64,000 nucleotides of DNA, from the sequence record ON000910.1; one strand, given 5' to 3'. The translations under genes and the position numbers were made by a program. How positions within the stretch are numbered: position 1 is the first letter of the stretch; each line of letters begins with the position of its first letter. Positions 37,531 through 46,390 of the stretch are shown here, in pieces. The notes under the pieces are model-generated. The model did not search any database. It saw only the letters and a program-made list of their open reading frames with translations, and had not been told where the DNA came from.

Positions 37531-38124
37531 TTATTCGTGAATAAAATCTAATAGCTTTGACATATGATGAACGTCTGCTCGTTCGTCATATCGATTGAGG
37601 TGTACCACTTTAAGGTCGTGAAAACACTTCTTGATTTGCTCAGTATTTTCTAACTGATCATCAATGAAACCGATCACGTCGTGATCTGATACTAGCTGAG
37701 AGACATAACCGACTTTGCTCTCATCACCGCGAATAGTAATCAATTCGCTGAAACAACCCGGGAAGAATGTTTCTAAGTTGAACTTGCGCACAAGCCAGTG
37801 ATCAGTTGAATCACCGAATTTAGTCAGCGCAACAAGATTGTATTCTTTCGCGATTTTGTGAACGTTCTCTACCGCATCAGGGAACGCAGTCATGTACTTA
37901 CCGTGCTCAAGATTATACTTCTCAAGTAAGTCAAATGCTATTGAACGCTGCTCGACACCGAATAAATCACGTACGTCAACATGCTCTTTAGCAGTGAAGT
38001 GTTTTAATGCAAGAACGGGGTCGATACCACATCGCTTGCAGAATAGCGGTAGCTGGCTTGCCCAATCAATAAGCACACCATCAACGTCGAAAATTAGAGT
38101 AGGTTTTTGTTTCTTGTCTGTCAT
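37531..38124 (-). CDS. 30.2: HAD-family hydrolase (T4 gp30.2-like)
   Basis: LIFDVDGVLIDW, FIDD; start at 38124. Confidence 0.8.
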   Translation of the reverse strand: MTDKKQKPTLIFDVDGVLIDWASQLPLFCKRCGIDPVLALKHFTAKEHVDVRDLFGVEQRSIAFDLLEKYNLEHGKYMTAFPDAVENVHKIAKEYNLVALTKFGDSTDHWLVRKFNLETFFPGCFSELITIRGDESKVGYVSQLVSDHDVIGFIDDQLENTEQIKKCFHDLKVVHLNRYDERADVHHMSKLLDFIHE

Positions 38125-38137
38125 AATATATTTCTCG

Positions 38138-38359
38138 TTACATATATTCAGCGCCCGTGAAGGCAATGAACATAAAAGTAAAACAAAACACAGCAACAGC
38201 TACTAACAATGCAGTTACACTAGCTATCATTGAATCGAATTCGTCTTCAATAATCTTATTGACTACATATACTAATGGCGTTGCTGATACGAATACTAGA
38301 ATAACACCTAGTGTTGCTAATAAAATTTGAATCATATTGTGCTCCTTTATTTGAAGCAT
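38138..38359 (-). CDS. Small membrane protein
   Basis: Two TM segments; follows the hairpin promoter at 38362-38397. Confidence 0.6.
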   Translation of the reverse strand: MLQIKEHNMIQILLATLGVILVFVSATPLVYVVNKIIEDEFDSMIASVTALLVAVAVFCFTFMFIAFTGAEYM

Positions 38360-38399
38360 CTATGATAATGAAAAGGGCTGCAAATTGCAACCCTTTTGT

Positions 38400-38909
38400 T
38401 TATTTCATCCACTGTTTGCGCTTTTTAGAGCGTTTCCACCCGCGCTGTGGAGATTTGTAAGACGATAGACCATCCCAATCTAGAAGACAGCGAACTGTAT
38501 GAGCACGTTTTTTGCGAACTACTTTACCGTATTCGGCTTCAATCTCGTCTTCACAGAACTTGTTATGATGCATTTCAGACATCAAACCGTTACCGCGTCG
38601 AGCATGAATCCAGTTCTTGTAGCAACCAGTATGTGGCACTGGCGTGTAACGAAACACGTAGTTACCTTTGTAACGTGCTAGACATTCACCATTCCGAATT
38701 AGGTCAATCATACGTCTTGCGCTAGTTGACATGTAAAACCCAACACGTTCTGGGCTCCAGAAGCTCTGATAACGAACGTATGTTCTAGCCCACTCTGGTA
38801 CCCATTCACCATCCCATAATTCGAAAACATGATGAGGTCCCATTTCGCGTGAGTTGTATAGTGGTAGATCTTTTTCTTTTACGCCTTTGTATTTTTTGAC
38901 TTCAGTCAT
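38400..38909 (-). CDS. Hypothetical basic protein
   Basis: C-terminal RGWKRSKKRKQW. Confidence 0.7.
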   Translation of the reverse strand: MTEVKKYKGVKEKDLPLYNSREMGPHHVFELWDGEWVPEWARTYVRYQSFWSPERVGFYMSTSARRMIDLIRNGECLARYKGNYVFRYTPVPHTGCYKNWIHARRGNGLMSEMHHNKFCEDEIEAEYGKVVRKKRAHTVRCLLDWDGLSSYKSPQRGWKRSKKRKQWMK

Positions 38910-38968
38910 CGTTGTTTCTCCAAGTTAAATTACTTAGTGAAACAACTCCTTACGATGAAATTTCTTCA

Positions 38969-39214
38969 TTATTCAATTACCTCATACGCTTCGTTAAGGA
39001 AGTCATCAACATCATCTACGTTGATTTTGTCTTCATCTATTGCTAGTAAATCACATAGCAATTCTAAAATATCATGTTTACGAATTGTCCCATGACTGAA
39101 TACAGTCTGACCAATCCATTCGGCTACCGACCAGTAATAGTCTTCAAAATCACCATCGCATTCGTAATTTGCTAGGTTGTACTGCTCTAGAAGCATATTC
39201 AAATCGTGCGTCAT
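38969..39214 (-). CDS. Small acidic protein
   Basis: D/E-rich, 81 aa. Confidence 0.65.
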   Translation of the reverse strand: MTHDLNMLLEQYNLANYECDGDFEDYYWSVAEWIGQTVFSHGTIRKHDILELLCDLLAIDEDKINVDDVDDFLNEAYEVIE

Positions 39215-39254
39215 TGTATTACCTTTTATTGTTTTATTTGACGCACGTATTTAA

Positions 39255-39443
39255 TCATTTAATTTTGAACAATTTCATCACGATTAGAGCAATCATTAGT
39301 ACTGGCGTGATGACTGTTGATAATAAATTCACCACGCCTTTACTCGCTTGACCACCGTTTTGGCGGTACGTTTCGTGTAATGTATCTTGAATCGCAACTG
39401 TCAAAAGTGCACCAATCAATAAGTAAACAAAAATAAAAGTCAT
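39255..39443 (-). CDS. Small membrane protein
   Basis: Two hydrophobic segments. Confidence 0.6.
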   Translation of the reverse strand: MTFIFVYLLIGALLTVAIQDTLHETYRQNGGQASKGVVNLLSTVITPVLMIALIVMKLFKIK

Positions 39444-40168
39444 ATGTCGAAAATCCTAAGCCCATATTCTGGGTTTTCTGAGCCGTATGCACGTGGGTTA
39501 CACAGTACATTACAGCCATTTACGTGATAGTCAAATTCTTGATGAACATGACCGTGAATTGCAAAACTGAACCCTTCAAGTAAATGGTCAAGGTCAGTGC
39601 AATAAAAACTATTCGTACTTGAATACGCATAGTAAGATGAAATGCTCTTCAGAGAAGGGGCGTGATGTGTGATTAACACTTTCTTACCTTCAATCTCGCG
39701 ACATTTCTCAATAAATTTGACTGATTTACAATGAAGTGCATGTACATCTTCACCGTACAAAGGTCGCCATTGCGGACCGCGAATCTTACGACGGTCATTC
39801 ATGTTGTCTTTCCAACGTTGACCCTCAAACCAGTCATTGACTTCGTGCCACAGCGTAGTTCCGCAGAATGTCACGTCGTCAATCTGAACTGTATTTTCAA
39901 GCAAGACGTGAACATTGTCAACCGAAGTTTCAAATTTATGTCGCTCGTGAATCGCAAGACCCCACCAATCGTGATTTCCCGGCACTGCGATAACAGCGCG
40001 CCAACGGTCGGCTACAGCTTCTAAATCGCGCACTGTGCGCCCTTTGCTGTTAATGTCACCCGCTACTACCAATACAGCGTCTTTGTCGCCTGTAATCGAT
40101 TCTAGCGCGTTCTCTGCGTGATAGTCGTTGTGAATATCACTACAGTAATAAACTTTTAAATTTGCCAT
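39440..40168 (-). CDS. Metallophosphoesterase
   Basis: SDIH, AGDI, PGNHD, THH, HGHVH. Confidence 0.9.
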   Translation of the reverse strand: MANLKVYYCSDIHNDYHAENALESITGDKDAVLVVAGDINSKGRTVRDLEAVADRWRAVIAVPGNHDWWGLAIHERHKFETSVDNVHVLLENTVQIDDVTFCGTTLWHEVNDWFEGQRWKDNMNDRRKIRGPQWRPLYGEDVHALHCKSVKFIEKCREIEGKKVLITHHAPSLKSISSYYAYSSTNSFYCTDLDHLLEGFSFAIHGHVHQEFDYHVNGCNVLCNPRAYGSENPEYGLRIFDI

Positions 40169-40425
40169 CGAATCTCCAAAATGTTATCGACATAAAATGC
40201 GTTGTAGTTGTGTAAACGCAGATATTCAATCAATAGACGTTTCATGCTATGACTTTCAATACCTGGCAATTCGTCTTGCATTCTGATATTAATACCAAAG
40301 CGCATTTCATCAGTTGCTTGTGCAATGCGCTCATCTAGATGTTCTAGATCATCAACGGGAAACTTCTCTTCCATTACTTTGATGCTGCGTGCGCGTGCTT
40401 CTTCTGCTTTCATAATCATGCTCAT
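40156..40425 (-). CDS. Hypothetical protein
   Basis: ORF in the operon. Confidence 0.65.
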   Translation of the reverse strand: MSMIMKAEEARARSIKVMEEKFPVDDLEHLDERIAQATDEMRFGINIRMQDELPGIESHSMKRLLIEYLRLHNYNAFYVDNILEIRWQI

Positions 40426-40814
40426 GACTTTCGCCTCCAGTCAATTATAGTCAATATCATGCGTTCAGAACCGTGTTCCATCAACATACGATTCACATAA
40501 GCAAGTGCTAAACTGTGAGTCTCGTATTGCAAGTAGCCAATTTCTGACGGCTCGTGAGGGTTGATTCGATTTTTAATATCGAATGTATTCTTCACTGCTC
40601 TGATATTGTAACCTAATTTCTCGAACTCTGCAACCGCTGATTCATAAAATTCAGCTTTTATACCGACTTTTATCTCAAGCTCTGTATCAGCTATTTTATC
40701 AATTGATTTCAAAGTGTTATACAGAAAATCTTGAAATTCTTCGATTTTCTTTAACTGACGGTCGGACGGTTGCTTCGGCTTATAGCGTGACCGCATACTA
40801 GCAGCATCAAACAT
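40422..40814 (-). CDS. Hypothetical protein
   Basis: ORF in the operon. Confidence 0.65.
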   Translation of the reverse strand: MFDAASMRSRYKPKQPSDRQLKKIEEFQDFLYNTLKSIDKIADTELEIKVGIKAEFYESAVAEFEKLGYNIRAVKNTFDIKNRINPHEPSEIGYLQYETHSLALAYVNRMLMEHGSERMILTIIDWRRKS

Positions 40815-40825
40815 AATATTTTCTC

Positions 40826-41092
40826 TCAGAAGTAGTCAGCGTACCTATCTAAGATTCGCTTCGGGATTTTTAAGTTTACAAATCTCTTACCTTTCAAACC
40901 ACCATCATATGCGATTTCTGCAATCAGATCTTCGTACATGTCTGGTTCAAGTTCGTCGATAATGTCCTTGTACTCTTGTGGAAGCTGTCTCTTCAGCTTC
41001 TTAACGAGCGCGTGAATCTCATTTATCGTGAGATCACGCAACTCTTGGTATGTCATTTCGTTTAGGGATATTTCAATAAAAGACTTTAGCAT
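40826..41092 (-). CDS. Hypothetical protein with an internal-protein-like N-terminus
   Basis: MLKSFIEISLNE; ATTAAATA at 41111-41118. Confidence 0.6.
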   Translation of the reverse strand: MLKSFIEISLNEMTYQELRDLTINEIHALVKKLKRQLPQEYKDIIDELEPDMYEDLIAEIAYDGGLKGKRFVNLKIPKRILDRYADYF

Positions 41093-41109
41093 AATGCCAC
41101 CTCCGTCTC

Positions 41110-41331
41110 TTATTTAATCCCTAGTAGCTTACCAATTACGGTCATTGGTAGATAAAAAATGACATAAAACAAAATGTAAATCGCAATCTGTACGCCGAAA
41201 CCTAGTGATAGCATAGCGACGTAAAGCTGCACGAGGTAATAATCTACCTCGGCTGTCGCTGCTTCGTTCAGTTCGCCGCGAAACTCGCGACACATATCTT
41301 CTAGAATTCGAATGAAATTGCTCATTACCAC
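41110..41331 (-). CDS. Small membrane protein
   Basis: C-terminal hydrophobic segment. Confidence 0.6.
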   Translation of the reverse strand: MVMSNFIRILEDMCREFRGELNEAATAEVDYYLVQLYVAMLSLGFGVQIAIYILFYVIFYLPMTVIGKLLGIK

Positions 41332-41567
41332 ATCACCTCAAGTTTCTCACCTGTAATGAACGCATCATAGCCGAGACTAATCAAAATACTACGAATAGTA
41401 TCGCGCTCACTTTCAGTCAATTTTTCTGTTTTGAAGTCAACTCGCGACTTCGTGGGAGAAGCGACTTGAATTGCAAAATCTAGCTCTTCAAGTGACTTCT
41501 CAACAGCAGGCGAAAGTTTCTTCCGCTTTGCTCTTGCCTCTTTTGCTGTAATCATTGGGTCATCCAA
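41325..41567 (-). CDS. Hypothetical protein
   Basis: Resembles 40156..40425 (MITAKEAR / MKAEEAR ... GY.A...LEI/VxW). Confidence 0.65.
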   Translation of the reverse strand: MDDPMITAKEARAKRKKLSPAVEKSLEELDFAIQVASPTKSRVDFKTEKLTESERDTIRSILISLGYDAFITGEKLEVMW

Positions 41568-43357
41568 TCCTTACGTTTATCAGTGTCATTACCGAATAAT
41601 AATTCAAAACAATTTGGGTCATCGATTACAATATCATCAAAAACTGGCTCGTTAATAACTTTTTTGTATTCTTTTTCAGTCAGTGAACCCAAACCCTTAA
41701 TGTAACGAATCTTCCACGTTTTACTCAGTTTCGCCTTGCGATACTCTTCAATAGAATAAAACCATTTCGTTTCTTTATTCTTCGATGCAATGACTACTGG
41801 TGTACGAACGAACTTGATTCGCTTCTGCTTGTAAAGCTCTGGCCAGTTGTAGAAAAACGCAAGCAACAACGGGAAAATCGAACCTTTACCATCAACGTCC
41901 GCATCAACTAAGATACCAATGTCTTTATAGTACATGTCTCGAATGTCGTCATTACCGAGCTGAATGTTCAGCACTGACATGATATCGCATAGCTCTTTGT
42001 TTTTCATGATCTCGGCAGGGCGTTTACCCCATGTGCTCAGTACTTTACCGCGCAACGGAATACCACCATGCTTTTTACTGTCACGAACTTTAATCAAGTA
42101 ACCAATCGCGGACTTACCCTCAGTCAAGAACAGCGTACCACCTGGCTGAGAAGCCTTGATATGCTCTGCAACTTTCGCTTGTTGAGCTTTCTTCTGCTTG
42201 CGTGCTAGTTCTCGCGCTTCGGCTGCTTGTTGTTTAGCAAGTAACGCTTCAATAATCGGCATGATGATATCATCTTCTGCCAGAATCTTCTTAGCGATTT
42301 TGTCATATGCTAAGTCTTTCAAGTATGGTGACACTTCACCTTGGGAACTAGTTAGACGTTCTTTTGTCTGACTGTCAAACTTAGGGTCTGTGAAGTTACG
42401 AATGAACAACCCGAGTGTCAAACCATTCTTTAATTGTGGTTTTGGTACATTGATTTTATGCTTGCGCTTAATCATCGGGATTAATTCATCTGAAAGTTTA
42501 TTGATGAAGTAATCTACGTGTGTACCACCATTAGATGTATTTACACCATTGATGAAGCTGTTATGTCTGAATTCATCAGACGGCGCGACAAACAGCGCAA
42601 CGTTGTCAAATTCAAACGCAACTTCTGTGTTAAACATCTTTGCGTATTGCTTCAGCGTAGGGGCGTGTTTCTTCCCGTTGTACTTGAACGTAATCTCAGG
42701 GAATGCGACTGACAACGACGCGAGACGGTCTTTGATGATCTCTTCGTCTTGAGGGGAGATACCAAATACACCAAAGCGGTTAAAATCAGGAATGAATTCA
42801 ACTGAAGTCCCTTTCGTACCGCCTTTCGAAGTTCTAACGAAAATACGATCTGCATTGTTAGAACAGCTTACTGTTACTGTGTTTTTACCGTCACACGTCT
42901 TACCAATGAATTGATGACTGAAGTAGTTGGTCAGTGCAGCGCCAACACCGTTCATACCAACAGTTGTTCGGTCATCTTCGAAGTTACTACCTGCTTTAGT
43001 ACGTGTCCATGCAGCTTCAGGTCGAAGAAGCTCTTTACCATCTGGGTCTAGAACTTTGTCTTGCGGAATACCGCGACCGTTATCTGAGATAGTGATTCGA
43101 TTACCTTCGATTTTCACTTCAATAACATTGGCAAATTTGAACTTAGTTCGAATCGCTTCATCAAGAGAGTTATCAATAACTTCGTTGATAATCTTCACAA
43201 GACCCGGTACGTACTCGATTTTCTTGAAATCACCTAAGACAAAACGCTCATGTTCTTCTCGATCAACTGACCCGATGTACATACCCGGTCGTTTAAGAAC
43301 GTGTTGTTTGTCTGATAAAATTTGAAAGTTGTCTTTTTTAGACATCATGTTCCTCAC
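41552..43357 (-). CDS. 39: DNA topoisomerase II large subunit (unsplit gp39+gp60)
   Basis: RPGMYIGS, NEVIDNS, DNGRGIP, GMNGVG, EGKSA, PLRGK, DADVDG, YIKGLG. Confidence 0.96.
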   Translation of the reverse strand: MRNMMSKKDNFQILSDKQHVLKRPGMYIGSVDREEHERFVLGDFKKIEYVPGLVKIINEVIDNSLDEAIRTKFKFANVIEVKIEGNRITISDNGRGIPQDKVLDPDGKELLRPEAAWTRTKAGSNFEDDRTTVGMNGVGAALTNYFSHQFIGKTCDGKNTVTVSCSNNADRIFVRTSKGGTKGTSVEFIPDFNRFGVFGISPQDEEIIKDRLASLSVAFPEITFKYNGKKHAPTLKQYAKMFNTEVAFEFDNVALFVAPSDEFRHNSFINGVNTSNGGTHVDYFINKLSDELIPMIKRKHKINVPKPQLKNGLTLGLFIRNFTDPKFDSQTKERLTSSQGEVSPYLKDLAYDKIAKKILAEDDIIMPIIEALLAKQQAAEARELARKQKKAQQAKVAEHIKASQPGGTLFLTEGKSAIGYLIKVRDSKKHGGIPLRGKVLSTWGKRPAEIMKNKELCDIMSVLNIQLGNDDIRDMYYKDIGILVDADVDGKGSIFPLLLAFFYNWPELYKQKRIKFVRTPVVIASKNKETKWFYSIEEYRKAKLSKTWKIRYIKGLGSLTEKEYKKVINEPVFDDIVIDDPNCFELLFGNDTDKRKDWMTQ

Positions 43358-43607
43358 TCAATTTCACATAGCAGTACGTTAACAATGCACCTAGTATAGA
43401 CGCACAACCTGCTAAAATATACAACTTATCTAGAATGAGTAAAAAAGCTGCTATGAATGACATAACAGCCCCACTTCCACTAATGATTAACGCTATTCCC
43501 TCGATAGTCAAGTAGACCATTAGGAAAATTGCGTGAAATATGTTCTTCAATGTGCGTATCAATTTCATCGAATGCCTCAGTGGCTGGCTTATTGATGAAT
43601 ACGTCAC
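43338..43607 (-). CDS. Small membrane protein (start uncertain)
   Basis: Hydrophobic; overlaps the end of Sir2. Confidence 0.5.
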   Translation of the reverse strand: MTYSSISQPLRHSMKLIRTLKNIFHAIFLMVYLTIEGIALIISGSGAVMSFIAAFLLILDKLYILAGCASILGALLTYCYVKLSEEHDV

Positions 43608-44241
43608 ACATACGAATCGCTTCGTTTAGTGCAGAATGCTTTTCAGTGTCAATGCCAGTCGGGTTAATAAGAATGAATTTACAGCCCGTCGCAGACAAAT
43701 CCCAATGAATCGGGTTAATCTCAAGCGTCGAACCAACAACAATTGCAATGTCAGTCGGCAATAGAGTGTCAATATCACCCCAGAAGTGAGTGTATAATGG
43801 TGCGCCTTCATTGAAGAACACAACACCCGGTTTATCACGACGACCTGTACGCAACTCGTATTCATTGTACCCGATGTCAATAACTGTACTGTCTTTTGAC
43901 GTGTAATCTTGCACGATCTTTGTCAACTCACCGTGAATATGCTTAACGTCTTTACAACCTGCACGCTCAAGTAAATCTGATACGTTCGCAGTGTAGTTGT
44001 CAACGTCGTATTTTTCACACAGTTCAGCAATTTTGTAGTGTGCTGAATTCGGGTGAACTTCAGCTAATTGTTTACGACGCTCATTGTAGAAACGATGTGT
44101 CACTTCATAATTGTTTGCAAATGTGTTGATGTTACACACTTCCATAATGTCGTGGTTTTCCCACAGACCGTTTGCGTCTCGAAACGTGCTGATACCTGAT
44201 TCTGCATCAAGACCTGCACCGCTAAAAATAAAAATTCTCAA
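43480..44241 (-). CDS. Sir2/CobB-family NAD-dependent deacylase
   Basis: FSGAGLDAESGISTFR, HIHG, PGVVFF, VVGSTL. Confidence 0.92.
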   Translation of the reverse strand: MRIFIFSGAGLDAESGISTFRDANGLWENHDIMEVCNINTFANNYEVTHRFYNERRKQLAEVHPNSAHYKIAELCEKYDVDNYTANVSDLLERAGCKDVKHIHGELTKIVQDYTSKDSTVIDIGYNEYELRTGRRDKPGVVFFNEGAPLYTHFWGDIDTLLPTDIAIVVGSTLEINPIHWDLSATGCKFILINPTGIDTEKHSALNEAIRMCDVFINKPATEAFDEIDTHIEEHISRNFPNGLLDYRGNSVNH

Positions 44242-44672
44242 AATGATTCCTTAATTGTCGCTGAGGGACCTTGTTGCCACTCAGAGTATTGTTGCTTAAC
44301 TAACTCGTCAGGAATATCATAACGCACGAAAAACGTGTTATAAACTTTTCCGTTTACAGTATTTGATTCACCGAACCACGTTTCAACTTCTTGAACTTTA
44401 AACCATTCTTTGGCTTCGGCTAACGTCATGCCAGTATAGCGGCGAATCTCATTATATACACCATACAATGCTTCTTTGATGTATATCGAATCCATTTCGC
44501 CGTCTTCATGAACAGGAATGGCAAAAATATCACAGTGTAATTCAGGGTCATACACGTCTGAACTGCGATATTCATCTGCGAGTCGTTCCATTAAATCATC
44601 ACTCATGAGCATACCTCGATTAAAGTTTCGACTGCTTGTTTCGTTGGGTTTGCAATGGTTGCTAAATGCCAC
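44238..44672 (-). CDS. Hypothetical protein
   Basis: Acidic ORF in the operon. Confidence 0.65.
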   Translation of the reverse strand: MAFSNHCKPNETSSRNFNRGMLMSDDLMERLADEYRSSDVYDPELHCDIFAIPVHEDGEMDSIYIKEALYGVYNEIRRYTGMTLAEAKEWFKVQEVETWFGESNTVNGKVYNTFFVRYDIPDELVKQQYSEWQQGPSATIKESF

Positions 44673-44863
44673 TCTTCACCGTAAAGCTCATAACACGACC
44701 ATGTCTGGTCTTCTTCGTTGAAGTAAGGACGATCAGTCCATCCCGTGACGTAACCGTTCCCGTCAACAGTCACATACTCAGTTTCGTGGTCTACAACTAA
44801 CGGTATACCGCTCACGTTTACGACAGTTGAACAACCTTTGTTCATTGATAGTAAATAGCTCAT
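44603..44863 (-). CDS. Hypothetical protein
   Basis: VTVDGNGYVTGW...W pattern. Confidence 0.65.
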   Translation of the reverse strand: MSYLLSMNKGCSTVVNVSGIPLVVDHETEYVTVDGNGYVTGWTDRPYFNEEDQTWSCYELYGEEWHLATIANPTKQAVETLIEVCS

Positions 44864-44864
44864 G

Positions 44865-45572
44865 TTATGCTCCTATTGTTTTCATCATTGCTCGTTTTTG
44901 AGCGGGTGTCATGTCCAATTCTTCAATTGAAGTCATGATTTCATCGATTTGACGCGAAGTTACTTGAATGTTGTCACACGTAATAGGCTTAGAATCGTCT
45001 ATAACGCGCACTACGCGCTGTTTCATGTTCGGCAGTAGTACTTTACTAACCTGACAGCGTTTACGCGATACAGTACGTTTGAAGTCGCCTATCGTGATTT
45101 CAAAGTGTTTACCTTGGCGCTGTGCTTCAGTCGCGTACTTCACGTATAGCTTAGTGATCTCAAGATCAGTCATCGGTGTTTCAATAACTTCACCTTTGTA
45201 GCGATCAAGATATGACTGAATAATGCTTTTGACTTTCGTCTCATCTGCAAGAAGACGTTGAATCTGCTTCAGTGTATGAGCTTCTTCAGCATTTGCTTTA
45301 CTCACGGGCTGATTCTGCTCGATGTAGTTACACTTTACGTTGTTTGCAAGCTGAGTCACAAGAACACAGTTCTTTGGTTCATACGGCATAGACTCGTCAA
45401 TACGCTCAACAGTCGCACGCATTTTCTTGCTGCTTTGATTAAACGGGTGGTTTGTGTATGCACAACGACCACCGTTCTTCATGCTTTGTAATGTTTTCCA
45501 TTGTTCTTCAGTGAAGTTGAATGCAATACCGCGTTTTTCACACTCTGCTTTCTTTGTGTTGTAGCTGCTCAT
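44865..45572 (-). CDS. srd: Srd-like protein (anti-sigma/decoy; degenerate His-Me fold, two repeats)
   Basis: KRGIAFNF..CAYT..F..TVERID..Y..KNCV; second repeat GKHFEI..CQVS. Confidence 0.6.
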   Translation of the reverse strand: MSSYNTKKAECEKRGIAFNFTEEQWKTLQSMKNGGRCAYTNHPFNQSSKKMRATVERIDESMPYEPKNCVLVTQLANNVKCNYIEQNQPVSKANAEEAHTLKQIQRLLADETKVKSIIQSYLDRYKGEVIETPMTDLEITKLYVKYATEAQRQGKHFEITIGDFKRTVSRKRCQVSKVLLPNMKQRVVRVIDDSKPITCDNIQVTSRQIDEIMTSIEELDMTPAQKRAMMKTIGA

Positions 45573-45575
45573 AAT

Positions 45576-45977
45576 TTATTCCTCAATCATACCTTGGCTT
45601 ACTAGTGAACCTTTGAAACGTTTAAGAACGCCTTCCCATGCTTCGTCTGTGTAAGCATCAATATTGAACACTGCGCGAATCTTGTCAAAAAGTTCTCGAC
45701 GCTGTTCGAGTGGCATTTCTTTGCAGAATATCATGATTGCACCTTGATATTCACGTGCTGTCTCATGCAAACCTTTGTACATAAGATGATGTAGATCTAG
45801 ACCTTTATGGTCAATTTCATGTGAAATCTCGCGTGATAGATGCTCACGCTTCATTTCAGTTTTGAAAATATACTTGCCTTCATCACCAGCAGCAAGTTGA
45901 CCCATGTCGTAGATTTTCTTGTGCATCTCTTCAAGACGCCCGATTTTCTTTTCCCACATTTGATAAAATTCTGACAT
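45576..45977 (-). CDS. Hypothetical protein
   Basis: ORF in the operon. Confidence 0.65.
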   Translation of the reverse strand: MSEFYQMWEKKIGRLEEMHKKIYDMGQLAAGDEGKYIFKTEMKREHLSREISHEIDHKGLDLHHLMYKGLHETAREYQGAIMIFCKEMPLEQRRELFDKIRAVFNIDAYTDEAWEGVLKRFKGSLVSQGMIEE

Positions 45978-45979
45978 GA

Positions 45980-46309
45980 TTAACCCTCAAATGATTCGAT
46001 AAGACGAAAGTTTTCGTAGTCTGCTTCTGAAGCAGCACGCCAATGTTTAAGTGAAACTTTACCCGCTGCTTTGATTTTGTCAATAAGCTGTGCTGACTCA
46101 TAACCTGGCCATGCACATTTCTTTTCAACTGTAGTGCTCCACAGTTTGCGACTTTCACAATATGAACCTTTCGAATCCATGAAAAGCACTTCATGCAGCA
46201 TGATTGTACCATCTTCAAGGCGCATTGCTACTTTTTGGTGTTCTGCACGCATAGAATAAACGACTTTGATTTCAGCAAATTTGATGTCGAATTTAGTTTG
46301 GTCAGTCAT
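45980..46309 (-). CDS. Hypothetical early protein
   Basis: First gene after the promoter at 46354-46383. Confidence 0.7.
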   Translation of the reverse strand: MTDQTKFDIKFAEIKVVYSMRAEHQKVAMRLEDGTIMLHEVLFMDSKGSYCESRKLWSTTVEKKCAWPGYESAQLIDKIKAAGKVSLKHWRAASEADYENFRLIESFEG

Positions 46310-46390
46310 AATGTTCTCTCTTTGTTTTAGGTCAACATCGTGTTGATGTAGCTATAATACACAAAAGGGCTGACCGCAGTCAACCCTTTT
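46310..46390 (-). promoter_or_regulatory. Terminator/early-promoter cassette
   Basis: AAAAGGG-TTGACT-gcggtcagcccTTTT..TATTAT-agctacatc; the upstream stop TGA lies inside the -35. Confidence 0.75.

Noticed and set aside
41552-43357. Gene 60-type translational bypass or split topoisomerase
   Set aside because: One uninterrupted 601-aa ORF contains both ATPase and TOPRIM motifs.
43480-44241. Sir2 as a Thoeris/DSR-type NADase defence gene
   Set aside because: It has the CobB-type GAG..AESGI.TFR sirtuin signature, is single-domain and has no defence partners.
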